64,000 bases of DNA from Candidatus Eiseniibacteriota bacterium. Lineage in GTDB: Bacteria; Eisenbacteria; RBG-16-71-46; CAIMUX01. The notes below the pieces were generated by a model, which searched no databases, was not told where the DNA came from, and saw nothing but the letters and a program-made list of their open reading frames with translations. The stretch lies in NCBI GenBank assembly GCA_016712505.1, contig JADJQY010000009.1, positions 234,690-298,689 on the forward strand. The letters are read 5' to 3'. Below, one piece after another: positions 52,132 through 61,383 of the stretch (position 1 is the stretch's first letter; each line of letters starts with the position of its first letter). The position numbers and the translations under genes are program-made.

Positions 52132-53802
52132 ATGCGCAGCAACATGACAGAACTGGTGTCCCAGGTTCCCCAGACGACGGATCTTGCGTCGCTCAGCGAC
52201 GTGGAGGTCCTTCGCGCGGTTGCCGGTTGGGCACGGGCAGAGCGGCGCGTCACGGCGGAGCTGCTCCGGCATCTGGGCGAGCTGGACGCGCGGCGTCTCT
52301 ATCTCGGGGCCGGTTGCTCGTCGACCTTTGCCTACTGCACCGAGATCCTCCGCATGTCGGAGCCCGCTGCCTACCACCGGATCACCGCCGCCCGCGCCGG
52401 GCGCCGGTTCCCGGAGCTGCTCGCGCGGCTCGCCGCGGGGGAACTGCATCTGAGTGCGATCTGCCTGCTCGCGTCGGAGTTGACGGAAGAGAATGTGGCC
52501 TCGTGGATCGCGCGCGCGTGCGGGCAGTCCAAGCGTGCGGTCGAGCGGATGCTGTTTGATGAGAGGCGGGGGCAGAGTGTCGCGCCGGTGATGGCAGTGG
52601 GCGGTGCGGTGGGCGAGGTCGTGGGCGATGCGGCCGTCGGTGCGGGTGTTGTCGCTCGTGGTGCGGCGGTCGACGGGGATGGTCGTTCTGGGCAGACGGC
52701 GTTTGCCGAAGCTCGGCCCGGTCCGGGGAGTGTCGCGCAGGGCGGGCGAACTTCCGGGCAGGGCTCGTTGCTGACCGATGGCGCGATGGCCGATTCGGTA
52801 TCGGCCTCCGGCCCGGGTTCCGAGGCCGCGTCGCTCCCGGATCGCGCGGCGCCCGCGCCCGTCGGTCCCGCGCGCGCCGGCGCGGCGTTCAGCCTGCCGA
52901 AGCTCTCGTTCGTGGCCGATCGCGAGCTTCAAGATCTGCTCGCCCGGGCGCGGGATCTCGCGAGTCACAGCAATCCGAATGGAGATCTCGCGACGCTGCT
53001 TCGGCTCGCGCTCCGGGCGTTGATTGCGAGTACGGAGCGGCGGCGGTTCGGGCAGCGGGTCTCGGAGCGGGCTGCGCGGTCGGACGGGGGGCAGACGACG
53101 GGGCGGTCGCTGGTGCGGTCGACGGAGCGCGCTGTGCACCGTGCGGTGGCGCATTTCAGGTCGGCGGTGTCGCCGGAGGTCGGGAAGGCTTTGTCGCCGG
53201 AGGCAGGGACGGCTGTGTCGCCGGAGGCGGGGCCGATCGGCTCGCCGAGCGCGCCGTCGCAAAGCGGAGGAGGTCACGCGAGAGCGACGGGGCGTCGCCG
53301 TGCTCCGCGCTGGCGTTCGCGCTACATCCCGATCGCCGTGCGTCGTGCGGTCTGGCAGCGCGATGGCGGGCGGTGCGCGTTCATGTCGCGCCAAGGGCAT
53401 CGTTGCGGCACGCGAGCCTTCCTCCAGTTCCATCACCTGATCCCGTTCGCTCAGGGTGGGGCGCACACGGTGGAGAACCTCGCCCTGCGCTGCGGCGCGC
53501 ACAATCGGTACGAGGCGCGGAGCAGCGTCGGGTCGGCGGACCGGTCGGTAGACCGGGCCGTTGTCCGGTCGGCAGGCGAGGATGGCTGGTTGGAGATCGG
53601 CCCGCTCGAACCGGCAGGCGCTACGAGTCCCTCGTCTGACTTGGCGTCTGGTTGCGTTCCGCGAGGAAGCTCCGCGGACCCGCGCAACTCTCCCCGGGGG
53701 GAGGAGTGTGGGCTAGGCGCGGTGGTCGCGCAGGCCGTCGTGTGGGAGGCCGGGTGCCATGCTGGGGTGCCGGGTCGGCAGCGTGTGGGTTCACCGGCCT
53801 AG
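52132..53802 (+). CDS. DUF222 domain + HNH endonuclease protein, paralog 3
   Basis: 'HLGELDARRLYLGAGCSSTFAYCTEILRMSEPAAYHRITAAR' and 'CAFMSRQGHRCGTRAFLQFHHLIPFAQGGAHTVENLALRCGAHNRYEA'; GGAGG RBS. Confidence 0.8.
   Translation: MRSNMTELVSQVPQTTDLASLSDVEVLRAVAGWARAERRVTAELLRHLGELDARRLYLGAGCSSTFAYCTEILRMSEPAAYHRITAARAGRRFPELLARLAAGELHLSAICLLASELTEENVASWIARACGQSKRAVERMLFDERRGQSVAPVMAVGGAVGEVVGDAAVGAGVVARGAAVDGDGRSGQTAFAEARPGPGSVAQGGRTSGQGSLLTDGAMADSVSASGPGSEAASLPDRAAPAPVGPARAGAAFSLPKLSFVADRELQDLLARARDLASHSNPNGDLATLLRLALRALIASTERRRFGQRVSERAARSDGGQTTGRSLVRSTERAVHRAVAHFRSAVSPEVGKALSPEAGTAVSPEAGPIGSPSAPSQSGGGHARATGRRRAPRWRSRYIPIAVRRAVWQRDGGRCAFMSRQGHRCGTRAFLQFHHLIPFAQGGAHTVENLALRCGAHNRYEARSSVGSADRSVDRAVVRSAGEDGWLEIGPLEPAGATSPSSDLASGCVPRGSSADPRNSPRGEECGLGAVVAQAVVWEAGCHAGVPGRQRVGSPA
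53685..53712 (+). repeat. Palindromic repeat copy E (gcaactctccccgggggg aggagtgtggg) at 3' end of HNH paralog 3
   Basis: Read directly. Confidence 0.65.
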
Positions 53803-54045
53803 CTGACGGCTCCGGAGTTGAATGCGGCACGCGCCGCTTAGGCCCCTCAGGTGGTTGATCGAAGGTCGATCGCCCCGGTTCGCCGCCGGGCATCCGAACA
53901 CCGGTAAACCCCCGACCAGGCAGAAGCGCTGCCCCGAGAATCTCGTTGCCTGCCCTTAGCCAGGCTTCTATCATTTCCGCGCTGAACTGTCAGGGGGCCG
54001 GCCGCCGAATGCCCAGCTCGGCGTTACCCAACCGGGGGTAGCCGA

Positions 54046-54423
54046 ATGTCTCGAACTCGCCCATCGCGCGCCGCCGCTCGCACTCTGCGTCTGCTGCTGC
54101 TTGCGTCGCTTGTGATGTTGGGCCCGCTCGCCGCCACGCCCTCCCACGCCTGGACTCCACCGCCGGCGCCGCTGTCGATCGAGCCGGGGGATACGGATGG
54201 GATGGATGACGATCTGCTCAACGATCGGCCGCGACCGGGAACGCACGGGTTGGTGGGAGCACGCGTCTCGGGGGCACCTGATCGGCTGACACCGGTCCAA
54301 CCTGCGCCGCCACAGGAGAGCGCTTCTCCTTCGAAGGGAACGATTCGGTCCGACTTGCGGCAATTCGTGACGAGCTTTGCCTGGATCAAAGCCCTCTTCA
54401 ACCTGATAAGGCTTCGGTGGTGA
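54046..54423 (+). CDS. Small secreted hypothetical protein (125 aa)
   Basis: Signal peptide ...LVMLGPLAATPSHA; Pro-rich; immediately upstream of sigma54 activator. Confidence 0.4.
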   Translation: MSRTRPSRAAARTLRLLLLASLVMLGPLAATPSHAWTPPPAPLSIEPGDTDGMDDDLLNDRPRPGTHGLVGARVSGAPDRLTPVQPAPPQESASPSKGTIRSDLRQFVTSFAWIKALFNLIRLRW

Positions 54424-54460
54424 CCGGCATGGCCGAACCTGGCGATCCAAGGGGCTGATT

Positions 54461-57004
54461 ATGACGGACGACCGCGGCAGGTTTTCTGATGACAGGTGGG
54501 CTGGGATGTACTCCCGTGCCTATGCTCAGTCGCTGCTCGAATCTGGCCGCCTTGACTTGCTCGCGCAGGAGTTCGCGGATCTTGAAGGCGGCTCGCGCGT
54601 CGACAGCTCGCGCGCGACGGAGTATCTGGAGTTCTTGTGGAGGAGCAGACGGTATCCGGACCTCGAGGGTGTGATCCACGGGATCCTAAGTGACCCGCTC
54701 TCAGATCCCATTCTGAATGCGCGGGCGCGACTGTATCAGGCGAAGCTCGGAATCTCGCGCGCAGAGTACGCGTCGGTGCTCGAAATGCTTTCCCCGACAC
54801 TCGAGGACGCGACTCAGGCGAATCTGCCCATCGATCTTCGGGCGGATCTCTACGGTAGGGTGGGCCGCTGTTGGTACCGACTGCGGAACTTCCGTTCGGC
54901 TACGGCCTGCCTCAAACGTTCCGTTGCGCTGGCGGAGTCCTGCGCGTGGAGTGAAGGCGTTGCAGATGGGTTGCAGCTCCTCAGCCTGGTTGCCAAGGCG
55001 CAGGTCGACTGGAATCTGGCCGAGTCGCTCCAGCGCAGTGGACTGCAGATCTACCTGGGGTTGTCAGACATCAGACGGGCAGCAGGGGCCTTGCTGAACC
55101 TAGTAACGCTCCGGTTGTTTCGGGGTGCATTCGTCACCGCCGAGTTGGCACTCGCGCGAGCGACTGCGCTCGCTGACGAGAGCGGAGACGGCGGGAGGAT
55201 TGCGCGCCCGGCGCGGCTTGGGGCATTGCTCGCCGCACGCCAGAAGGGGAAGGGTTCCAGGAGGTGCTTTGTGCACGCTCTGGGGGCGACCCTCAGCACC
55301 TCCGACCCTCGCGGCCGCGCCCTCCTCTGCGAATACACCGGCGAATTCCGCCTCGCCGGCGGCTACCTCTCCCGCGCCCGCCGCTGGCTGCAGCGCGGCT
55401 ACGCCCTCGCTTACCGGATCCCCGAGCGCGATATCATGGGCGAGACGCAACGCCTGCTTGCCGAGGTGGAGTTCCAATCGAAGAACACCAACCGCGCTCT
55501 CGAACTTGCCGAGGAGTCGCTCGCCGCGTTCGAGAAGATGGAAGACCTCTACGAACTCGCCGTCTGCCGCCGCGTCCGCGGAGGCATCCTCCTCCACCTC
55601 GGTCGCACGGCCGAAGCGATCCACGACCTCGAGCGCGCGGTCGATTTCTTCACCCAGATGGGCGAGCGGTTCGAGATCTACCGCGCCCAGCGGCTGCTCG
55701 CGCTGGCCCGTGGCGAAGCGATCGACGATGCAGATACCTTGCTCGCCACCCTGGGACGTTCCTACGACGCCGAGGGAGCGCGCCTGCGCGCCGAACTCGA
55801 AGCGAACGAGGTCGACCCGATCGCCGACTTGCTCAACCAGCCGTTTCCCGCGAACGGGAGTCGACTCCCAGCCGGGAGTCGCGGCGCGGACGGCCACGGC
55901 GCCGATACCTCCTCCGACACCGACACCGACACCGGCACCGACGACACCCGCGACCCCGCCGCGAACACCGACCCGACCCGCGTCTCCCCCAACCCCACCT
56001 GGCCCCTGACCCGCGAACAGATCGAGGAATCGATCTCCCTCGCGCGCCTGCGGACGATCCAGGTCCTCCGCACCGCCACCAACCCGGGCTTCCCCGAGCT
56101 CCACGGCAAGAGCCCGCTCCTCCGCGCCGCGCTCCAGCAAGTGCGCGAAGCAGCGCCGACCGATCAGCCGATCCTGATCCAGGGGGAGACCGGCACGGGA
56201 AAGGAACTGGTCGCGCGCGCGGTGCACGATCTGAGTCGACGGGCGCGAGGTCCGTACGTCCCGGTCAACTGCGGCGCGCTCAGCCCGGAGATGCTCGACA
56301 GCGAGGTGTTCGGACACCAGAAGGGGGCGTTCACCGGGGCGATCACCGAGCGCGCTGGGCTGGCCCGCACCGCCTCCGGAGGCACGCTGTTCCTCGATGA
56401 GATCGCGGAGCTAGGTCCGGGCTCGCAACCGCGCATTCTCCGCATGCTCGACTCGGGCGAGATCCGGCCGGTGGGCGCGGACCGCGCGATCAAGGTCGAT
56501 GTTCGCCTGGTGACCGCGACGCACAAGGATCTGCGCCAGGCGGTCGAAGCGAACGAGTTCCGTCGCGATCTGTATCACCGGCTCTGCGGCCTGACGATCT
56601 ATCTCCCCGCGCTGCGCGATCGAATCGACGATCTCCCGATCCTGATCGAGCACTTCGCGCAGCAGTTGCGCGAGCGAGGGATCGAGTTCGTGGGGGTGAG
56701 CGACGCGGTCATGACCGCGATGTCGGCCTACGACTGGCCGGGAAACGTACGCGAGCTACGGAACCAACTCTTCGCCCTCACGAGCCGCTTCCTGCCGGGA
56801 CGGCGGGTGACCCAGTGGTCGGCGCCGGTCGACCCGCGCCAGGCGATCGCGACCGCACTCGAACTGACCGAGGCGCAGATCGACGCGGCGCTCCGCCTGC
56901 ATCAGGGACGGGTGCTGCCGGCGGCCGCGACTCTGGGCATCAGCAAGCAGGCGCTCTACCGCCTGTGCGAGCGCTACGGTATCGACTACGGGAACTACCG
57001 GTAG
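54461..57004 (+). CDS. Sigma54-dependent transcriptional activator (bEBP) with large N-terminal TPR-like domain and C-terminal Fis-type HTH
   Basis: AAA+ sigma54 interaction domain: Walker A 'GETGTGKELVARAVH', 'GAFTGA' loop, 'ESELFGH'-like; HTH 'LGISKQALYRLCERYGI'; ~540 aa helical-repeat N-terminus, no receiver or GAF domain. Confidence 0.85.
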   Translation: MTDDRGRFSDDRWAGMYSRAYAQSLLESGRLDLLAQEFADLEGGSRVDSSRATEYLEFLWRSRRYPDLEGVIHGILSDPLSDPILNARARLYQAKLGISRAEYASVLEMLSPTLEDATQANLPIDLRADLYGRVGRCWYRLRNFRSATACLKRSVALAESCAWSEGVADGLQLLSLVAKAQVDWNLAESLQRSGLQIYLGLSDIRRAAGALLNLVTLRLFRGAFVTAELALARATALADESGDGGRIARPARLGALLAARQKGKGSRRCFVHALGATLSTSDPRGRALLCEYTGEFRLAGGYLSRARRWLQRGYALAYRIPERDIMGETQRLLAEVEFQSKNTNRALELAEESLAAFEKMEDLYELAVCRRVRGGILLHLGRTAEAIHDLERAVDFFTQMGERFEIYRAQRLLALARGEAIDDADTLLATLGRSYDAEGARLRAELEANEVDPIADLLNQPFPANGSRLPAGSRGADGHGADTSSDTDTDTGTDDTRDPAANTDPTRVSPNPTWPLTREQIEESISLARLRTIQVLRTATNPGFPELHGKSPLLRAALQQVREAAPTDQPILIQGETGTGKELVARAVHDLSRRARGPYVPVNCGALSPEMLDSEVFGHQKGAFTGAITERAGLARTASGGTLFLDEIAELGPGSQPRILRMLDSGEIRPVGADRAIKVDVRLVTATHKDLRQAVEANEFRRDLYHRLCGLTIYLPALRDRIDDLPILIEHFAQQLRERGIEFVGVSDAVMTAMSAYDWPGNVRELRNQLFALTSRFLPGRRVTQWSAPVDPRQAIATALELTEAQIDAALRLHQGRVLPAAATLGISKQALYRLCERYGIDYGNYR

Positions 57005-57048
57005 CGCGACTCGCGCGACCCGCGACCCGCGATCCGTGACCCGCGCGG
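57005..57048 (+). repeat. (GACCCGC)n heptamer repeat immediately after bEBP stop
   Basis: 'gcgcgacccgcgacccgcgatccgtgacccgcgcg'. Confidence 0.7.
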
Positions 57049-57193
57049 TCCCCACTCACGATCGCCCGGCCGACAGCGGATCCGCATCCGGTGGACGGCG
57101 TGACGGCGAGAACGCCCGAGACGGTCCGGTCCCCACCCTGATTCCCACTTCAATCTTGACTACGTCCCTGACTCCGCACCGCACCGCACCTCT

Positions 57194-57217
57194 CAACTTC
57201 CCCCGGGGACAGTGCGA
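57194..57217 (+). repeat. Palindromic repeat copy F (caacttcccccggggacagtgcga)
   Basis: Read directly; solo copy. Confidence 0.6.
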
Positions 57218-57345
57218 CATCGAATGATCCGCCGCGCACCCCGAGCGGAGCGCGCTCGCGAAGGGCGTTGGAATCGGTCTCGCCGGCGGCGCGCACGCAA
57301 TTGGCGGGGGTCAGTCGACGGGCGCGCGGTCGGCAGAGCGCGGGG

Positions 57346-58605
57346 TTACGGCCTTCCGCGGACCTGTCCCTTCGCGTAGTCGAGCACCAGGTTCTTGTTC
57401 GGGTCGCCTGCCGTCACGTCGTACTTGACCACGACGTCGACACCGGCGTCGGCGTTCACCAGACGGAAGACGTGGCGCCCTGGGGTCAGCTCCAGGAAGA
57501 AGAACGGCTTCTTCTCCTGGTTGACGGGCCGACCGTCGAGATAGATGTCGGCGTAGCCGGGGGCGGGGCTGACGCGGTAGCGGCGTGCAGCTCCGCCGGA
57601 GGGAAGCGGGTCCTCGGTGCGCGCAGGGACGGGGTCTTTCTTGACCTCTGACCTGGTGTCCGACTTCCCATCCGACCTCCCATCCGACTTGCCGTCCGAC
57701 CTTGGCTCCGTCCTCGCGGCGTCCTTCTGGGGGTCCTTCTTCGTCGGTTTGGTTGTCTGGCCCTGCGCGCCGGTGTTCTGAGCCGTTCCCTTGGGATCAA
57801 GCAGGCCGCTGACCATTCCGCTCCCGCCCGCGCGCAGGGGTACCGCCTGCTCGTAGGCGACGAAGCCGTCCTTCTCCAGGCGGATGCGGTGCGATCCGGC
57901 GGTGAGGCCCTTGAATTCGGCGGGAGTGACGCGACCGGTGGGGGCACCGTCGAGAATGACCCGCGCGCCGCTCGGATCCGAGGTCACGGAGAGGTTGGCG
58001 GTAGTCACCTCAGCCGGAGTGAGCGTGTCGATCTTCGAAAACTCCTCGGCCTGAAGTACCAGCTCTTCGCGCACGGGGTGGTAGCCAGGGAGCTTCAACT
58101 CGAGACGGACACGTCGCGGGGTGAGATCGCTCAGCACGATCGGAGTACGACCGACCGACTCGTCATCGAGCATCACCTCGGCGCCGGGCGGCACAGTCAC
58201 GATCTTGAGCTGCGCCTTTCCCGCCAGGGCGAGCGAATCGGCCTCCAGGGGAAACGCGCGGACAAGCAGCACTCCGGCCTTGAGGCGCGCGTCGTCCACC
58301 TCGATCGGGCCTTCATAGCGATAGAGGGTGCGGTCCGCTGGTTCCCGCACCTCGAGGCGAAGCCGAGTCCCTTTCTTGATTTCGACGGTGAAATTCGCCC
58401 GTCCGCCCGGGGCGGTCACGGCGAGCTTGTTGCGGGTGCCCGCCTCGTAAATCTCGGCGCCGCGAACCCCTAGCTGCCCCTCCTTGACCTCCACCGTGAG
58501 GCGCTTCTTCTGCGCGCAGCCGATCAACGCGACCGCGACCAAGATCGACACCAGGGACAGGCCCAGGAGCGACCGGAACGACTCCCAGAGACTCTTCCGC
58601 ATCAA
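57346..58605 (-). CDS. PEGA-domain lipoprotein
   Basis: Lipobox ...VALIGC; at least three PEGA-like repeats ('PPGAEVMLDDESVGRTP', 'SDPSGARVILDGAPTGRVTP', 'PAPGYADIYLDGRPV'); K/D/S-rich linker. Confidence 0.7.
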   Translation of the reverse strand: MMRKSLWESFRSLLGLSLVSILVAVALIGCAQKKRLTVEVKEGQLGVRGAEIYEAGTRNKLAVTAPGGRANFTVEIKKGTRLRLEVREPADRTLYRYEGPIEVDDARLKAGVLLVRAFPLEADSLALAGKAQLKIVTVPPGAEVMLDDESVGRTPIVLSDLTPRRVRLELKLPGYHPVREELVLQAEEFSKIDTLTPAEVTTANLSVTSDPSGARVILDGAPTGRVTPAEFKGLTAGSHRIRLEKDGFVAYEQAVPLRAGGSGMVSGLLDPKGTAQNTGAQGQTTKPTKKDPQKDAARTEPRSDGKSDGRSDGKSDTRSEVKKDPVPARTEDPLPSGGAARRYRVSPAPGYADIYLDGRPVNQEKKPFFFLELTPGRHVFRLVNADAGVDVVVKYDVTAGDPNKNLVLDYAKGQVRGRP

Positions 58606-59591
58606 AGTCCAAGTTCCTTTCGCGCCGCCGGACTCAACGGAGGGAAGGCTGGCGCCCGGCGTTCCAGTTCGTCGTCGAAGTTCACGCGCACCGAGGCGCC
58701 TGAACGGCCAAAGGAGATCTCGCGGTCCGACCAGGTGGCGAGCGTGAGGCGCAACTCGTCGACCACGCGATACGGCTCTCCCGGGCGGCGCTCCAGATCG
58801 GTGAGCACCAGGAGCGCGCCCTCCTCGATCGGTAGCTGAAAACGCGCTCCGGCTTGAAGCGCGGCGGTCTCGGTGCGAGTAGCGCCATCGCTACCGATGA
58901 CGCTGAGGATCACGGCATGGTCCGAGGTGGTCGAGCGCACGACCCCGCGCAGGGGCGGCAGGGCTCCGCTGCCGCGGACCAGGTACGGGGCGAGCGCCGC
59001 CTGCATTTCCTTCCACGAGGTGGTCTCCTGGTGCCAGAACGAGCTCACCCGAGACAACGAGGACGCGAGTGGTCCGACTCGCTCCGCCCCGTGGGCGAGT
59101 CGACCCGCCAGCCCGAACTGGTTGACCGACTCCGCAACCTCGGCATAGGCGCGGGCGGCAGTGCGCAGGGGTTCAGTGCCCTCCCGAACCTTCTGCGCCA
59201 TCCGGTCGAGTCGGGGTGGGTATCCGGGATAGAGGAAGCTGACCGGCCCCCGCGCTCCGACCTCGATCTGCTCCGCCACCTCAGTCAGCGACATGCTCCC
59301 GGGACTGATCTGGAACCGATCGCGTAGCTCGACGTTGGCCTTCTTTTGCAGTGCCCCGATCCCCAGGACGGCCCCAGCCAGGAGCAGCCCGATCCAGAAG
59401 CCGATGCGCGTGAGTGGACCGAGGACCGGGTGCCCCTGTTCGCGGACGATCGGCGTCTGGTCTCCATCGAGCGCGGGGACGGGAAGAGTCTCGGGCTTCG
59501 CCTTGGACCAGATCCAAAGTCCGAGCACGCGGGTCCATACACTCCAAGGGGAAAGCGGCGGGATCCGCCGGGGTTGTGATTCGGAGATCAC
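58602..59591 (-). CDS. Membrane-anchored hypothetical protein (329 aa)
   Basis: Single N-terminal TM helix; start/stop overlaps with flanking genes suggest operon. Confidence 0.45.
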   Translation of the reverse strand: MISESQPRRIPPLSPWSVWTRVLGLWIWSKAKPETLPVPALDGDQTPIVREQGHPVLGPLTRIGFWIGLLLAGAVLGIGALQKKANVELRDRFQISPGSMSLTEVAEQIEVGARGPVSFLYPGYPPRLDRMAQKVREGTEPLRTAARAYAEVAESVNQFGLAGRLAHGAERVGPLASSLSRVSSFWHQETTSWKEMQAALAPYLVRGSGALPPLRGVVRSTTSDHAVILSVIGSDGATRTETAALQAGARFQLPIEEGALLVLTDLERRPGEPYRVVDELRLTLATWSDREISFGRSGASVRVNFDDELERRAPAFPPLSPAARKELGL

Positions 59592-59830
59592 GGCGCCTGG
59601 ATCTCCGGGGCGCGCTCGAGCTCGAGCGCCTGTTCCAGGGCCCTCAGCGGCTCCTCCGGCCAGAGGTGGCCGAGGATCACCGAGGCCAGCAGCAGGACGA
59701 TGGCCAGACCGAACCGTCCCCAGGCGGGTGTGCTGCCCCGACTTCGGTCGCTCGGCCCCCGCCGCGGTGCGGAGAGACGCAGACGGTGCGTATCGAGTTC
59801 GGATCGCTCAACCTTCGGGCTCAATGGCAT
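59588..59830 (-). CDS. Small membrane protein (80 aa)
   Basis: One TM helix 'FGLAIVLLLASVILGHLW'; 4-nt overlap with downstream gene. Confidence 0.35.
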   Translation of the reverse strand: MPLSPKVERSELDTHRLRLSAPRRGPSDRSRGSTPAWGRFGLAIVLLLASVILGHLWPEEPLRALEQALELERAPEIQAP

Positions 59831-59938
59831 GCATCCTTGCGCCTGTATCGTCGGATCGCGGGAGGAACGGATCGTCCGATCGCCCGCGCGAGGCTTGACC
59901 CCACCGGATCAAGGCAGTACGAATAGTAGCCGCGTGTT

Positions 59939-59973
59939 CCGGGGAGGTCAAACGACCTCCCCGGGAGCTTTTG
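59939..59973 (+). other. Strong hairpin (11-bp perfect stem ccggggaggtc/gacctccccgg, aaac loop) followed by cuuuug in divergent intergenic region
   Basis: Read directly; terminator-like on + strand although no + gene lies immediately upstream. Confidence 0.5.
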
Positions 59974-60088
59974 CGCGCCGGACCGACCGGACGACGGAGC
60001 GGCGTGGTCGCGCGAGGACCAGGGAACGGTGGCGCCAGCAGCCAGGGAGTTGCGGTTTGGATCCGATGGTGTCGGAAGCTGGTGGGCG

Positions 60089-60688
60089 ATGAGCGCGGGG
60101 GACGATCCGCAGGCAGCGGGACCGGGCACGGGAGCACCTCAGGGGGAGGCTCCACCGCTGCGGGCCGCCGATCGAGTGGAGCGCGAACTGCACCGAACCC
60201 TGCTTCACTCGCTGCTCGAACTTGAACGCGGAGTTCTCGAGTTCCGAAGGGTCTACGGGATCGCGTCGGACGAACTGCCGCTCCCCGATCCGGATGACCT
60301 GGCACGCCGGCTGGCCCATCCGGTCGAGGCCGCTCAGGCACGGATGGAGCTGGATCGGATTCTGCAGGACCTGAAGGTGCATCAGATCGCATTGCTCGAG
60401 GGGTACACCGAGGCCACCCAGGTCGGCTCGCAGCGCCTGATCGAGAGCCTCGATCCGGAGAAGGTGCGGGATCAGTTCGATCGCGGTTCGGTACAGGTTG
60501 GGCCGCTCAAAGTGTCCGCACGGTTCCGCCCGGTCCTGATCCAGGCAATCTGGGAAGAGATCCTGCGCCGATGTCAGCAGTATCGGGCGCTCGACCCGGT
60601 GCAATTCGAGCGTTTCTATCGAGAGGGATTCCAGCGCGGATATCGCCGGTTCTGGGAAGCGCGACGCGGCCGCGGCGCGGGGAACTGA
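60089..60688 (+). CDS. Hypothetical protein adjacent to T6SS genes
   Basis: 200 aa, helical, no family recognised; weak RBS. Confidence 0.35.
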   Translation: MSAGDDPQAAGPGTGAPQGEAPPLRAADRVERELHRTLLHSLLELERGVLEFRRVYGIASDELPLPDPDDLARRLAHPVEAAQARMELDRILQDLKVHQIALLEGYTEATQVGSQRLIESLDPEKVRDQFDRGSVQVGPLKVSARFRPVLIQAIWEEILRRCQQYRALDPVQFERFYREGFQRGYRRFWEARRGRGAGN

Positions 60689-60716
60689 GCTCGGGGTCGG
60701 AATGGATGGAGAAACG

Positions 60717-61331
60717 ATGAACGTCCGAGTGCAAGTGGCGAGCTGTTCCCGGCCCAGGACGCGCGGGAAAAGGTGTCCGACACGGGACTGGGGCCGGTGG
60801 TTCCGCGCGGTGTTGATTTCAGCCGTGAGCGTCGCGCTGGTCGGCCCGATGGCGGGCTGCGGAATCCTCGGCATCGGTGGCGGCAAGCCGGCTCCCGCGG
60901 GCGGGATCGAGCGGGTGGAGAACGCGGCTGCCCTGACCATGAAGGCCGGCGAGGAAGAGACCAAGATCGTCCTCAAAGCGGCCGATCGCCTGAATACCTG
61001 CGGCGGGGAGCAATCGAACATCCTGGTCGTCCGGCTCTACCAGTTGAAGAGCGACGGGGCGCTGATCGGCGTGTCGCTTTCGCAGCTCTGGGATCACGAA
61101 GCGGACGAGCTGAAGGGCGACCTGCTCGAGCAGGCGGAGTTCGTGATGGAGCCGGGACAGGAGCAGGAGATCACCATCTCCTCCAAGTCGGGAGCGAGTT
61201 ACCTCGCCGTGGTGGCCGATTTCTGCCGGGCAGACGGCGAGTGTTGGCGCTGGATCCGCCCCTGGAAGAAGGTCGGTTCGGACAAGATATTGACCTTCGG
61301 CGAGAATTGCATCGTGGAGGCGAAGAGGTAG
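60717..61331 (+). CDS. tssJ: Type VI secretion system lipoprotein TssJ-like
   Basis: GGAGA RBS; lipobox ...GPMAGC; 'ILVVRLYQLKSDGAL' resembles TssJ/SciN conserved block; position directly upstream of tssK-tssL-tssM. Confidence 0.55.
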   Translation: MNVRVQVASCSRPRTRGKRCPTRDWGRWFRAVLISAVSVALVGPMAGCGILGIGGGKPAPAGGIERVENAAALTMKAGEEETKIVLKAADRLNTCGGEQSNILVVRLYQLKSDGALIGVSLSQLWDHEADELKGDLLEQAEFVMEPGQEQEITISSKSGASYLAVVADFCRADGECWRWIRPWKKVGSDKILTFGENCIVEAKR

Positions 61332-61383
61332 ATCGAAGGCGGTGGCCGCGGTTTCACGGAACCGGCGGTCGCGAGAGGAGAGC

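Larger units (their letters stand above)
51009..53712 (+). mobile_element. REP13E12-like repeat element copy 3
   Basis: HNH/DUF222 gene bounded by palindromic copies H (51009) and E (53685); internal cryptic GGTGCG repeat tract. Confidence 0.45.
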
